A stretch of DNA of 64,000 bases, taken from assembly GCF_009914755.1 (NCBI RefSeq), contig NC_060928.1; one strand, written 5' to 3'. The translations under genes and the position numbers were made by a program. Under the pieces are notes generated by a model that saw only the letters and a program-made list of their open reading frames with translations, searched no databases and had not been told where the DNA came from. The DNA is from the human T2T-CHM13v2.0 reference genome, Homo sapiens. Of the stretch, positions 48,086-62,884 are shown piece by piece (the stretch's first letter is position 1; each line of letters begins with the position of its first letter).

Positions 48086-49822
48086 TAGTAGATTATAATC
48101 AGTAAGAAAAAAAAAGGTTGAATATATTTCCTGGGAGGAATAGAGAGAGCATGCAGGGAAATATACATGAAATAGAAAACACGAAATTGTGTTCAAAAGT
48201 GGAGGAAATATAATGGATTACATGACAATATCAGACACCTTCTTATAATTAACCCATAAGTGTGTTCATTTCAGGCTGAAATTTACTGACTAGATCTGAA
48301 GCTTTATTCCTCTTCAAAACATTTTCTATGTATATATAATTAAATGCAATACTTATCTGAAAAAATAGAATTGAAAATATTTGAAATGTTCCAAACTCGT
48401 AGCACATCCCTAGGAAAAGTAAAAGTTTTCAATATTTTATACTATTAAGTTATTTCACTTTTAACATGTTCTTACCTGCTTTATGACTTATAGATGAGGC
48501 ACTGGGAAAACATGGAAACTAAGAAAGAATAACATTTTTTTACTGACTTTGGTCTCTGTTTTATCATGGCCTCTAACTTTAATCAGGGCTCTGGATAACA
48601 GAGCTTATGCCAGCAAAAGAGACTTATGAATCCTTAAGCATAGGAAATATCTTCCCTGAATACTGCCCCTGGAAGTACTGACTTCCAGATGTAAGGCGTT
48701 TTATTTGCAAGCCATTCTAGGGGGGAAAGATATGACTTTAGGAATCACATAAGAAAATATGTTCCAAGTAAATTTTCTGCTCAGTATTGTAGCTGTACCA
48801 TATCACGACTGTATAAGGTTGAAGAGTTTATCTGAAATGAGCTTCTGAACATTTCAAGGTTTCTAACATAGTTTTGGTATAAAACACATTTTCATTTGTC
48901 ACAATCTGGAATGTGGAAATACCCTCTCAGTGAACCAATGTCAAATGTGACAGTCAGTCTGGCATTAGCAAAACATTTATTTTATTTTTTCTAAAAATCC
49001 ATCAATCAAAGAAATCAAAGTTAAGAGAGTTGATGGGCTGTACCTATATTCCAGTGTGCTAATGGATTTTGTCAATAAAGAATACTTACAAGCACGAATC
49101 ATTGTATCACATATATATAGTATCACATACATATATACATACATACATATTTTTTAATTATAAAGCAAAATTATTTAACTCATTAAAAAAAGACCGTTTT
49201 TAGATTCCATGTTTTTATTCTTACTTCAGAATGCTTCTTTTTAGAGTGAAAAAACGGTGTTAGTTCATTGTAAAATCACATTCATGTTCAAATTACGTTA
49301 TATTGGAAGATGCGGGTTAACATTTCAAATTATGAAAAATAAAACAAAAATTGTTATTGGATAAATAGTTCTTATTTGTTCTCATTTATTGTAAGCTAAT
49401 CAATAAGCATTTTATTCTGAAATAATTTTAGATTTACAAAAGTATAATGTAGTATATGTGGTTCCATATTCCCTTTATCCAGCTTCTTTCAATATTAACA
49501 TCTTATATAACTATAGCAAATTTATCCAAACTAAGAAATTAATATTTATAATAAACTGCAAGTTTCATCTGAATTTTGCCAGTTTTACCATCCATATTCT
49601 TTTTTTCTGTTACAATCTCCAATCCAGGAAATGATGTTGCAATTTATCATTAGTCTCTTTCATCTATGACAATGTTTTCTTATGTCTTTAAAATCTCGTC
49701 ACTTTTGAATGCTGGTTAGGGATCTCAAAGAAAATCCTAAAATAGGGTTTCTATGATGTTTTCTCACGGTTAGATTAGAGTGATGGGTTTGGGGTAAAGT
49801 CCACAGAGGTGAAGTGCCATTC

Positions 49823-50406
49823 TTTTTCATTTTTAATTTTTATGGGTACATACATAGTGGGTGTATATATTTATAAAGTACATGATCATGTTTGATACAG
49901 GCATACAATGCATAGTAATTGCATCAGGGTAAACAAAGTATCTGTCACCTCAAGCATTTTCCATTTATTTGTGTTACAAACAAATTATACTATTAGTTAT
50001 TTTTTAAATGTACAATAAATTATTTTTGACTATAGTCTCCCTGTCATGCTATTAAATACTAGTTCTTATTCATTCTAACTCTATTTTTATACCCGTTAAC
50101 CATCTCTACTTCTCCCCAACCACGCTGTGCTTCCCCCGACCCCCGCACTACTGTACCCTTCCCAGTGTCTGGTAACCATCATTTTACTCTCTATCTCCAT
50201 GAGTCCAGTTGTTTTAATTTTTAGCTTCCACAAATAAGTGAGAACACGTAAAGTTTGTCTTTCTGTGCCTGGGCTGATTTCACTTAATATAATGACCTCT
50301 AGTTCCATCCACGGTGTTGCAAATATCAGAATCTGGTTCTACGGATGAAAAATACTCCATTGTGTATATACACCATATTTTCTTTATCCATTTGTCTGTT
50401 GATGGA
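49823..50406 (-). mobile_element. 5'-truncated L1MA1-3-like 3' end nested in the older L1
   Basis: ttttaatttttatgggtacata...tttgatacaggcatacaatg...ttagcttccacaaataagtgagaac; ORF 50096..50308 begins MELEVIILSEIS. Confidence 0.88.
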
Positions 50407-51569
50407 TCATTTTCAGCACAGCACATCAGGGATTACATGGTATCAACATGACTTCTTACCAGTGATATTAAACTTGACCACTTGTTTAAGGTAGTGTTTG
50501 CCAGTGTACTCCATTGTAAAGAAAATACTATATTTGTTTGTTTCTTTCTATATTCTATTTTTTGGATGTGAGTCACAAAGTCTATCCCATACTTGACATG
50601 GAGTGGGGGGTGATATTAGCTACTACCTCATGCAGGGGGAGGTTACCAGAATATAGGATTTTAAACATTGCTTTTAGGATGAATTGAACTTTCTCTCCAT
50701 TTGCTGCTGAATATTTTTATATCAGTATGAATTCATACATTTTTATGCTATTCTTTGAGTTACACTATACTATTGGTTTTTTTTTAATTTTTTGCTCAAT
50801 TTTTTTCCAGGTTTGACCAGCATGAGGACTTTCAGGTTAACTGTTATATCCATTTAATAAATGTATACAATTTATTTCATTGGTCGATTTTGAGCATTTC
50901 TTTACTTTCTAGCATTATAAAATATTTCAGGTTTAATATCATCATTTTATTTCTCCAGGCCTTAATTCATTTTAATGGAGAAGGGTGTTTGAAAATCATG
51001 ATTCAGACACTTTGTGTGTTCATTTTTATTGAGGTGTCATTGATCTAGGCCCTCTCAGTTGGCAGAGCAAGGAAATGCACATGTGCATAATAAGAAGCAT
51101 ATGCACACACATGCATCTGTTTATCTTTATCTGTATCTATGTACTCTCCATCTATCTATGATGTATTGTTCCATCAATCTTTCATGATCTATCATATATT
51201 TCTATTAAAATAAACATGAGTTCTTTTGTGTGCTCTACTCTAATCTAGCACCATGGGGTTCATTCTAGCCTCTCTCTCCTCCCTTGCTTACTTGTCGCTT
51301 CATTCTCTAACAGTAAAAATTCTGGCTTCCTTTGTCTATAATTCATACACTTATTTGTTCAACCATAGATACTTATAAAGTAATTTAAAAATTGGTGACA
51401 CATGCCCTTATTTGAAAAATATATATAAACTAGAGCAGGGGTTAGTAAAAGTTTTCTGTAAAAAGCCAAATAGTAAATATTTTAGATTTTGCAGGGCAAA
51501 AAGTACAGTCGAGCAAAAGTTCTGGCCAAAATGCCAGAGTATATACATAATTTAATATAAATCTCTATT

Positions 51570-51874
<305 letters not shown>

Positions 51875-51884
51875 ATCTCTATTA

Positions 51885-51950
51885 TATCTATCTATCTATC
51901 TATCTATATGTGTGTGTGTGTGCATCTGTGTGTGTGTGTGTGTGTGTATA
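51885..51950. repeat. Compound (TATC)n(TG)n microsatellite
   Basis: Direct reading of the sequence. Confidence 0.95.
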
Positions 51951-52699
51951 CACATATTTTTAAATTGTAAAACTATTCTTTCCTTGCTGGCCACATAAAA
52001 ACAGGTGACCAGATCTTGCTCACAGGTTAGTTTGCTAAACCATAAAATATTAATAGAATACAATATTTATCTACAACTCTTTTTACATTCATTCACAGCA
52101 TCATTTCCTATAGTTACTTAGATCATATTTTTACCTCAATCTTTTCAGTAAGATTATATCATACATATATTTTAATTTATTTTTAAGAGACTCAGGTTCT
52201 CTAACTTTATAATTCAAGCATAATCAACATCATAAGATCAATCTCCTTTATTTTTACATGTGTTATTTCATAACTCCTTTAACTATGTAACTTGTGAAAT
52301 CTACTAAATCTAAAAAGAGAAAGAATGGAATATTTACCTGTTTGTTGCAGATAAGCCAACAATTAGGCTAATAATAATGGTTATTCCAATCAAAGACTCT
52401 GAAGGAACTGGTCAAAAGAAAGGCAGCCACTCAATTCTTTGATAACTTCCTGTATACCAAGCCCTGAAAGAAGCTAGATTGAGAGCTGGGATTTGAAAAG
52501 CTCTGACCTGCAGAATCCTCACACTAAATCTTAGCTCTAAAGTTAACCTTAGAGTTTTTTTCTGTAGATAAGAAACCATTTGGCAGTAAATCCATCTTGT
52601 AGTGAAACAAACATTTAAGAGAAACTTCTGTTACTTACAGTATTTGTTTCTCACTACTACAGTGGCAATAAAAGTATTACCTCTCAATGAGAGTGCTAT

Positions 52700-53030
52700 T
52701 ATTTCATATAAGTGGAATCATACAGTATGTTTCCAATGACTGGCTTATTTCACTTAAAATAATGTCCTCCAAGTTCTGAAATAGTCAAACTTATGAAAGC
52801 AGAGAGTAGCAAGATGGTTGTCAGAGGCTGGGGAGAAAGGAAAATGGGGAGTTGTCCTTCAATGAGTATAAAGTTTCAGTAATGCAAGATAAGCTTTCAA
52901 AACCAATTGTATAAGATTATGTCAAAAACTAACAACATTGTAGTGTCCACTTAAAAATTTGTTATGAGGTTAGAACTCATGTTAAGTGTTCTTACTACAA
53001 TAATACAACAACTTTTTAAAAAGTTTTAAA
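52700..53030 (+). mobile_element. L1MA/MB 3' end with inverted 5' segment (52700-52776 antisense, 52777-~53002 sense)
   Basis: Antisense atttcatataagtggaatcatacagtatg...aatgtcctccaagttc joined to sense tgaaatagtcaaacttatgaaagcagagagtag...gttaagtgttcttactacaata. Confidence 0.85.
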
Positions 53031-53158
53031 ATAATACTGTTATAGTGCTGAAAATGATCATTTCAGGAAGAAAAATCATGCTTTATTTAATTCCCATGTC
53101 TGGATTAGAAAAAGCAGCATGGGTCATCTTGATATTACAAAAAATTGCCATTTTATAT

Positions 53159-53750
53159 TGTGGTTGGCAGAATTTCCAGATGTCCCTGAAAATTTTCTAC
53201 CCACAGTATATTCTCTATATGTAATCTCCAGGAAAATGAATATGACAGATTTTACTTCCATTATTAAGTTATGTTATATGGCACACCTGACCTTCAGATA
53301 GAAAGATTATGTGGGCTATCCTGATCTAATCTCATGATCCTTTTAAAAGCAGAGTTTTTGTTGTTGTTGTTGTGTTTGTTTGTTTTCTTTTGCTTTTTCA
53401 AGATGGCCACAGAAACCAGAGACTTACGCACAGAAAAGATTTGATGCACTATTGCTGACTTGATGATTAAGTTGACCATGTAGCAAGGAAATACAAACCT
53501 CAGTCCTGTGACCACAAAAAACTGAATTCTGGTAACAACAAATATGAGCGTGAAAGTGGGTATTTCCCCAGATCCTCTATAAGAGAACGCAGTCAAGCTG
53601 ACATGTTGATTTGAGCTTTGTGATACTCTGAGTAGAGAACCTACCATGCCACACTGTAATTCTGCCCTACAAACCTCTGAGCTAATACACTGGTGCTGTT
53701 TTTAGTTTTCATGTTTGTGTAGTTTCTTTATGCAGAAATAAATTAATACA
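53159..53750 (+). mobile_element. MLT1E-like solo LTR
   Basis: tgtggttggcagaatt...ttatgttatatggcac...aactgaattctggtaacaa...ctacaaacctctgagctaata...ttaataca. Confidence 0.82.
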
Positions 53751-54546
53751 TACATTGTATAAAATATTTGCTCAATATAATTTCAATGTTAAGATCATTT
53801 GCTAATTATGCAGGACATTTTAGCATATTATACAAATTTTAAAACTGTTTTTTTCTTTTTAAAAAATGGATGTCTGAATCTAAATGTGGCTTGATTTATT
53901 CAAGAATGTACAATTAATTATATTAGGTCAAAGAAGATAATGCAGTTATCTCAATGCATGAGTCAAGTGCTACCTAACTGATATAACACATCATGAGAAA
54001 ATGTGTCATTAGATATTATTGTTCTCACTTTTTAAAAATAATAATGCCTTCTATTGAAAAAACTTGGAGAATATGAAATAAAATAATTTGTCATTCTCTG
54101 AATTTTGTTTAAGTTATTTGTCTATAAATTCATTGACTTTCAGTAATTAAAATCACTTATGTGGTAACTAAAAACTAATTCATTATGAAGTGCTTTAAAA
54201 TAAAAACAAATATTTGAGCACCTACTTTATAATGAAAATAATCTGTAGTGATCATTTTTGTCACAAATTAAGTTGAAGGTTGTAGGAAGTAACAGCTAAA
54301 ACTCATCTTTTAATTTTAGTTTTTATGCTACAATTTGATTCTCCATTTTTCTTAAATAAAAGTAATTCTCCTATTTGAAGTTGGGGGAATTTTGAGGCTG
54401 AGTATAATGCAGAGATAAATGTTATACCACAAAATTGCAATATGATAATCACATTCTCATTTTTGAGTATTTATCTAATTATCAAATATTTTCATGCAAC
54501 CTTATTAAACATATTATAAATGCTTACCAGAACTTTACAGGGTAGC

Positions 54547-55035
54547 ATGGTAGATTATGTTTCCAAAGATGGCTATGATACCGCGTATTCCACACGTTCT
54601 GTTACAATATGACTTTGCTGCTCCAATCTGTTTTATCTTCCCTTGAATCTGCACTGGCCCTGTGACTGTTTAGACTAAAAAAATGTGGCAAAAGTGATGT
54701 TTATGTGCATGGAAGCTTCTGCTTTTGTGCTGTGGGTGAATTCGGCTCCTAAGTCAGAATTCCCAGCCAACATCAGACCATCATGCATTATGGAAGGCCA
54801 TAGCTAGCCATGCAAGGGACTATGTAGAAATAAAGAGAGATACATGGTCAAGCTCCAGTTATGTCAGCCATCTTAGCAAAGACATTAGCCCATAAGAGTG
54901 AAGAGCCACTTTGGACAGTTCAGCTCCCACAGAAACATGTGGGGCAGAGATGAGCTGTTCTCGGTAATCCCTACCCCAGTTACAGAATTGTGGGAATATA
55001 ACTTATTTTTCTGTTTCTAAGACACTAAACGTTTT
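54547..55035 (+). mobile_element. MLT1G/H-like LTR
   Basis: tggtagattatgtttccaaagatggct...cccttgaatctgcactggccctgtgactg...ggggcagagatgagctgttc. Confidence 0.75.
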
Positions 55036-55094
55036 TACTTAGGATCATCAGTTGCCATAAACTCTGCCTTATTCCTTTATGCTCTGGATGAACT

Positions 55095-56340
55095 TCATAT
55101 GCTCCTATTGGAAGGAAGATATCCCCCACTTGTGCTCTGTAACCCATCTCCACTTACCAAATAAATGATATGTCTATATTTTTTCTCCCCTTTTTTCTGT
55201 CATCATCATTTTGCTTCTGGTTACTAGATAATTCATATTAGTGTATAAACATACTTCCATTTTTCTTATACTCTTAACAAATAGTAAAAAAAGAAATTCT
55301 CTTGACTCTCTCCTTTTGTCTATTATCTTTTGTAACGCAATCGTTTGGAAGACTTATCTGTACAAGAGATACAATTCATGACTTACCCTCCTCTCTTGAA
55401 TTTAATCCAGTCTGGCTTTTTTCCCTGTTTACCTCTAAAAATGGTCTTAAGAAAATTACCAATGATCTCCAGATTGCTAAATCCATGGCTCAATGGTGAT
55501 AATATTTTTATTTTATCAAAACTTTAAAATTATTCTTTACACCTCTTCTTTGTTATACTTAATCAGGAAAATGTATTATTTCTATTTCTTCCCACCTTTT
55601 AACTGGTTCAAACCACCATATTCTTTAGATTGAATCATATCAGTCACATTCTAACTGCTGTCTCTGTTTTTCTACTAATGCCTACTTTTCACAAAGCTCT
55701 CAGAATGAACCTGTAAAAAAAATGCCACTCACACCTCTTTCTGTTTAAAACTCTCCAGCATCTTCCCCTTTTCACCCCAAAATTAAATTCAAGAGCTTGT
55801 AATAGCTTCCAAGGCCCTCCGGGTTTTGTCCCTGTACAACTGCTCTAACAGAAGCTCTATCTTCCTTGCTAGCTTACTCCGCTCCAGACTCACTGGCTTT
55901 CGGACGATCCTCTGACAAGCGAAAGAGTTTCCGGTTAGAACCCTGAACTTGTTTCCTTGGCTTAAAACGATGTTTCTATTGTTTTCCACACAGGAAAAAA
56001 TGCAAGGCCTCCGTTATATTTTTCAGATCTTTGTTCAAATGTCATCTCAGGGATGCCTTCTCTGATTTTCTATTAAAATTGACTCATCCCTATGCTAGCA
56101 TTTTCTATTCCCTTACCTGGTTTATTTTTCTACACAATACACATCATCTAACAATGTATATATTTTGCCTATTTATTTCATAATTATCAGACTCCCCAAA
56201 TAAGAATGCCATCTCCAAGTAGGAAATTTGTTGTTTTTTCATCCCTGGTCATTTGATCACTGGTCTAAAACCAAGCCTGATACAATGTGGTGCTCCGTCG
56301 ATAGGTGATAAATGGAAAAATGAATGTGGAAAAATGAATG
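55095..56340 (+). mobile_element. L2 (L2a-like) 3' portion
   Basis: ccccacttgtgctctg, accaatgatctccagattgctaaatcca, tttgttcaaatgtcatctcag; ends in an aatgaatg-type tail. Confidence 0.8.
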
Positions 56341-56994
56341 TGGAAAAATTATCAGCATAGGGAAACTTCAAGGAGCATAATAAGAAACAAAAATTGAAAT
56401 GGAGGTAAAGCTATTTAGTATTATAAAGATTCAATCTCTTAATGAACTTTCCTCACAGTTAAACCAAATTTTACTCAGTTCATGTGCATCATAGGCTTGG
56501 TTGTTTTGTTTGTGTATGTGTGTGTTTTGTGGGTTTTTCTTTAACAAAACCTTGATACACAACTAAACACACATTTAGTCTTGTTTTTTCAGAGTAAATG
56601 AGAAAAAAATTTCCAAAAACAAATTGCCATTTTTAAGATACTTTTAAAAAGTCTTATAATACCTCCAAAACTTTAAAATTTTCATGATGATTTTACCTGT
56701 TACAAAAATATTTTAACACAAGCTTTAAGTTAGATAACACTTAATGATAAAATATTTTACTTTATAACAACATAGACCACTGACATGTGACATAATTTCC
56801 AGAGCATATGATCAGAATTCTAACTACTTTATGCATACTAAATATCTGTTGTAAGATGTTATAAACTAGTATCTAAATTATAAACAATACAATAGCAATA
56901 ATATCATTACAATTAACAGACTGTTTTGAAACATTGTAATGTCAGTGATTTCTACTTGTACATTCTTGGCATTTTTCTATCTTTTTTTGCAATA

Positions 56995-57130
56995 TTGTTC
57001 ATGTGCATTATCGTTTCCCTTTTCTAGATGAAAAATAAGGACAGCAGAATTCATATAATTTGTCCAATATCACATATCTAGTTAATTACACAGTTAGATA
57101 TGGTTATAAATCCATTGTTTGGAGTACAAA
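56995..57130 (-). mobile_element. MIR fragment
   Basis: cccttttctagatgaaaaataaggacagcagaattcatataatttgtccaatatcacatatctagttaa. Confidence 0.65.
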
Positions 57131-57505
57131 CTTACCACAAGCTGATCATATTTCCATATTTCCACTTCCTTCCCGGTTTTTTTTTTTGCATTATGCTAAT
57201 GTCAATAAGCCCCCTAACTTTTAAGTATGATACAAAAAAGATATAGATAGAAAAAATGCATTAATGATTTAATGTAGGTATTAAATGTTCATTTAATAAA
57301 TAAAGTAAGTGACTACTAGAGTGAAGTCTATTGAACTGGCTCACAGGGATTGTAAAATTTTATAAGCCAGACATTTAAAGAGATATGGCTTCAAATTCAA
57401 TATTCTTTCTGCCGTGTTTATATATTTACAACCCCCATTCTACTGTTATAGTCTTGCAGATTTTTAATTTCAGAAATTGATTTTTTCAGTTTTTGAATTA
57501 TATAT

Positions 57506-57510
<5 letters not shown>

Positions 57511-57540
<30 letters not shown>
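57511..57540. repeat. (TA)15 microsatellite
   Basis: Direct reading of the sequence. Confidence 0.95.
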
Positions 57541-57546
<6 letters not shown>

Positions 57547-57649
57547 CTCTGTATCTGTTTAGATTTCCATCTATTTATTTGTTGTGGCAGTATTTTATTT
57601 TATTTAATTTAAGCTACTTGTCATTCTTGCTTTAAAATATTTTCCTGCC

Positions 57650-58335
57650 AGTTACCATATCTGTCCAATTTTCTCCTTTTACACAGAGTTTGAAATCCAT
57701 TATCTGATTTGGATTATTAGAATGGCCTCCAATTATTCTTCTGCATTCCATTTTAACTCATGTAGAATTCATTCTCCACAAATAGGGTAATCTTATAAAA
57801 ATTTTTAAAAATAAAACAAAACAATGACACTTCATATCTTACTTAAAATTTTTCCGTGGCATTCCAGTGAATTTAATAAAATTAAAACTTAATATTTGGC
57901 CAACAAAGCCAAACACCTGTTCTATCACAAGCCTGCCTCTGTCCACATTTACAATTCTGTTCCTTTTAGAAGAAGAAATCCGTCATCCTGAGCTACACTG
58001 GCTTTCTTTCTCTTCCTAAAACACACAAAGCATAGGGTTTTTGCACTAGCTGAAACTTTCTGCCTGAAACCCTCTTCACCCATATTATTTCATGACTTAT
58101 CCCTTCTAGACTCTGAGTTATTGGTGAAAATGTCATGTCCTCCAAAGGACTACTTGCTGCCTAATAGTTCCTAATTTCTTTATTAGTCTATTCATTTATT
58201 TTGTGGCTTCCTCCACAAGAATATAAGCTCCACAAGAGCAGGGGATTTTGTCTTATTCGTATCATTCTATCTTCAAAGAGGGTAAGAGTACTTGACACAT
58301 TATTGGCACTCAGTAAGCAATTATTGAATATGCAA
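57650..58335 (+). mobile_element. L2 3' portion
   Basis: gctacactggctttctttctcttcct...ataagctccacaagagcagggg...ggcactcagtaagcaattattgaat. Confidence 0.78.
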
Positions 58336-58437
58336 CATGCAATGATAGGAGTGCCCCAATTAGTATAGAAAATCATAGATACGTCTTTGTAGGAAAAGAC
58401 ACTTGCAGAATTTCAAGTTAGAAAGATTAAGATTTGC

Positions 58438-58766
<329 letters not shown>

Positions 58767-60188
58767 TTATGTGTGGGCTGAAAAAAAAAAAAGTTATTAT
58801 CCTGAAAAGAATAACACGGTATGAGGGAGTTCACCTTACATGGATAAAGAAGGCTGTGTTGATGACCTCAAAGGAAAAGGCAACACAAGAAACTAAATGT
58901 TTATAAGGTAATGTCACTTCTTAGTAAAGCTTGTGTTTAAGACTGGAAGACGGAAGACACTCTTTACTTGGTGTTCCAGCAATCTTGCTTGATAAAAATG
59001 TCTTGGTATAAGATCATGAAGAAAAAGTAAGTGTAATTATTAGGATGAAGGGGAGAGAACTTTGCTTTCTAACCAGGGACCTCAGCCAGCTGGAGAACAC
59101 TTGCTACACTTGACTAGCAATCACTGAACTGTGTATAATCAATGCCCTTTTGTAATCCTGTGATGGTGACCAAAGCAATACTGAAAATAACTATAGTTAT
59201 CACTAATTATGAGTAGTTATCCCTCCCTCTGATATTTGAAAACATCACTGAATATTTTGGATTGAATAAACCATGCTTGATATTCTTAAATAATTCTGGA
59301 CACGGATAGTCTCAAGAGAAAAATAATGGACTTCCTGCTAATAAGATCAGAATAAGGTCAATATGATTAAATGGAATCACGTGACTCTATGTGTATCCTA
59401 AACTAGTAAATTAGGTTTTTTTAGTTCCATGTAACGTAGAATAATATGCAGTTATTAAAATTATATTGAAACTATTTTATAAAGTTAGATGATATTTAAA
59501 TGTAATGATAAAAGATTAGATTTCAAAGTCATAAAAACATTCTGATTACACATACACGATATTGAAAAATCACTGAAATGTTATATATTTGGTTGGTGAT
59601 ATGATGCTGGATTTTAGCTTTCTTTTTCATATTTTCCCAATGCATATAATGCAAATTCATGACTCATAATCAGGTAAATAGATTCAAATTAAAAAAATAC
59701 AAATCACCAGTATTTTCATACTTTTTAACAGCCTACACTTCCAACTACAGGGACTCAGTTTGCCTGAGAATTCAAATAAATAAACACAAGTTACATTAAA
59801 AAATACTTGTTTCGATTAATTCCTTCAATTTTACTTGCATAATAATCACAATTCTTAGTTAAATTCATCTGAGTACTTTAGTTCTTTGAAATTTGCCTAG
59901 TGGTATATTTTAATTTTATCTCATAATCACATGAAATTTGGATATAAAAGATTCTTCAAGTGTGTGTGCATCTGTTTGCTATTCAAAAAAAGGCACTCTG
60001 AGGAGTACAATTTTCCATAGGCCATCAGGCATAAAATGCAAGAAATCTTCTGAATTATTGATATGTCAGAGGCATACAATAGTAGCTTACATGATGTGTT
60101 TTGTTCCTTTTACTCTCATGTATCAGATTTTGTTTTAATACACTCATAATCTAAGAAGCATTTTGCAATATAATAAATATTTATTTAA

Positions 60189-61163
<975 letters not shown>

Positions 61164-61589
61164 GTTGTCCTTGTCTCTATTTCTGTTCAAGCCCATTTTA
61201 GTCAATCTTGAATGATTGCCTCACAAAGCCTTAAGAGCATAATATTTACATTATAGGCATTAATAATAATCAGTAAACATGTTTTATTTATGTGTTATAC
61301 TTGATTGTCAACACAATAACTGTAGTATTGTCATATAGAATAATATAAAAAGTTACAACTGAATTTCTGAAAAAGCAAAACACAGCTTCTAGCTAATATC
61401 TCAAAATTTTGTTTGCCAAAATGTTCATAATAACAGAAAACAAAAAGACCTGTTTCTTTTGACTGTGGAAAGCATATATATTGATCAAATTAAGGAATAT
61501 GTAATGTGAAAATACAAAATGTAAGTCATTTCAAAAGTGAGAGTTGTGAGATTATTTTCTTCTGAACAATTATTAATTCAGTGCTAACT

Positions 61590-62094
61590 ATAAGATATCA
61601 ACAGTGATTTGTCCAGCATACAATACTATATCAAAACTTAGTGACCTAAAATAATAGTTTATTATTATTCTCATGCCAATTGGTTGGTCATGATTCATTT
61701 AATCTAGGATTGACTCTGTTAACCTTGACTTAGCTAGTCTGTCTTTCTAAGGGTCAGATGGTGGCTCAATTCCTGGTTGTACTTTTGTTGAAAATCTTTG
61801 TTTAGGCAGCTCTATTCTATTTGTCTTTGATCTTTCTCCTGAGACTATGGGCTAGCTCAGGTGTGATCTTCGTTTGTTATTGCCAGGAGTGAGTAAGCCC
61901 AGGGGTATGAGCACTTGTTAAGCTGCCTGTGTTACATGTACTAATATCTCACTGGACAAAACAAGCAAAATGTTGCTACCAAGAGGCTAAGAACTGTACT
62001 CTAATCCTCAGTAAGAGGATGCTGCAAAGTTATGTGACAAAGAGAATGGATATAGCCTGGAATAAAAATTCGGGCCATTAGTCCAATCTACCAG
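61590..62094 (-). mobile_element. MLT1H-like LTR
   Basis: caaaacttagtgacctaaaataata...ctaatatctcactggacaaaacaag...ctgcaaagttatgtgacaaag...caatctacca. Confidence 0.7.
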
Positions 62095-62299
62095 AGAGGG
62101 GGAAAGTTAATCATGCCCATTGTATCCTATAAGATAAAGATAAAAATAAAAATACCAATTAAATTATTTCCAATTCAAAATTGTGAACTGTACCTATACA
62201 CTTACTTCAAAAAATATTAAAATGAGTATACTAGAGGGAGAGAGAAAGAGAGAGTAATGTTGGGCTCTAATTGAATACAGAAATTCAGATAAATGTTGC

Positions 62300-62640
62300 A
62301 AGATAGGGGAAAGTGATAGGTCAGGCATGATGAATGGAAAACATGATGTCTTGGTGAAAAAAAACATGTGGTTTGGAATTGGGGAGTAATGGTAAGTATA
62401 ATTAAAAAATTTTGCGTGGGCTAAATTATAGAAACTGGGCCCAACATTTAAAACTAATTTAGGTAAAGTCATTGCAGTTATGTTTAGCAAAATGAAACAG
62501 ACAAGAATTGGAAGACTACTTGGAAATTGTTGCAATGAAATCAGGTATTAGGTAGCATTGAAGATGAAGAGGAAAAAAACATAAACACAGCATTGAGATT
62601 TTTAAAAGAATTCAACAGGATTGATAGCTATCAAGACATA
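62300..62640 (-). mobile_element. L2 fragment
   Basis: gtttggaattggggagtaatggtaagt...gaagactacttggaaattgttgcaatg...aagaattcaacagg. Confidence 0.45.
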
Positions 62641-62884
62641 ACAATTCATTCCAAGAGGTCTTAAATACCTCAGAAGTGCAAAATGCTACTTGTAAAATTT
62701 AAATAGTCTGCATTCTCTGACCTTAATGGGTTTGGGGATTGTACTAGATTTGGAATGAAAAACAAAGCGTTATGCTGTCTTTGTAAAAACTAATATTTTC
62801 TAAGGCAATAATGTCTTATATTTCTGGAGATTGTTGGAATCTGATTGTTGGATTAACTGAAAAAAAAATTCTTCCTTATGGCAA

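Noticed and set aside
56311-56348. Short tandem aatgaatgtggaaa repeat
   Set aside because: It is a local duplication of the normal L2 (AATG)n tail.
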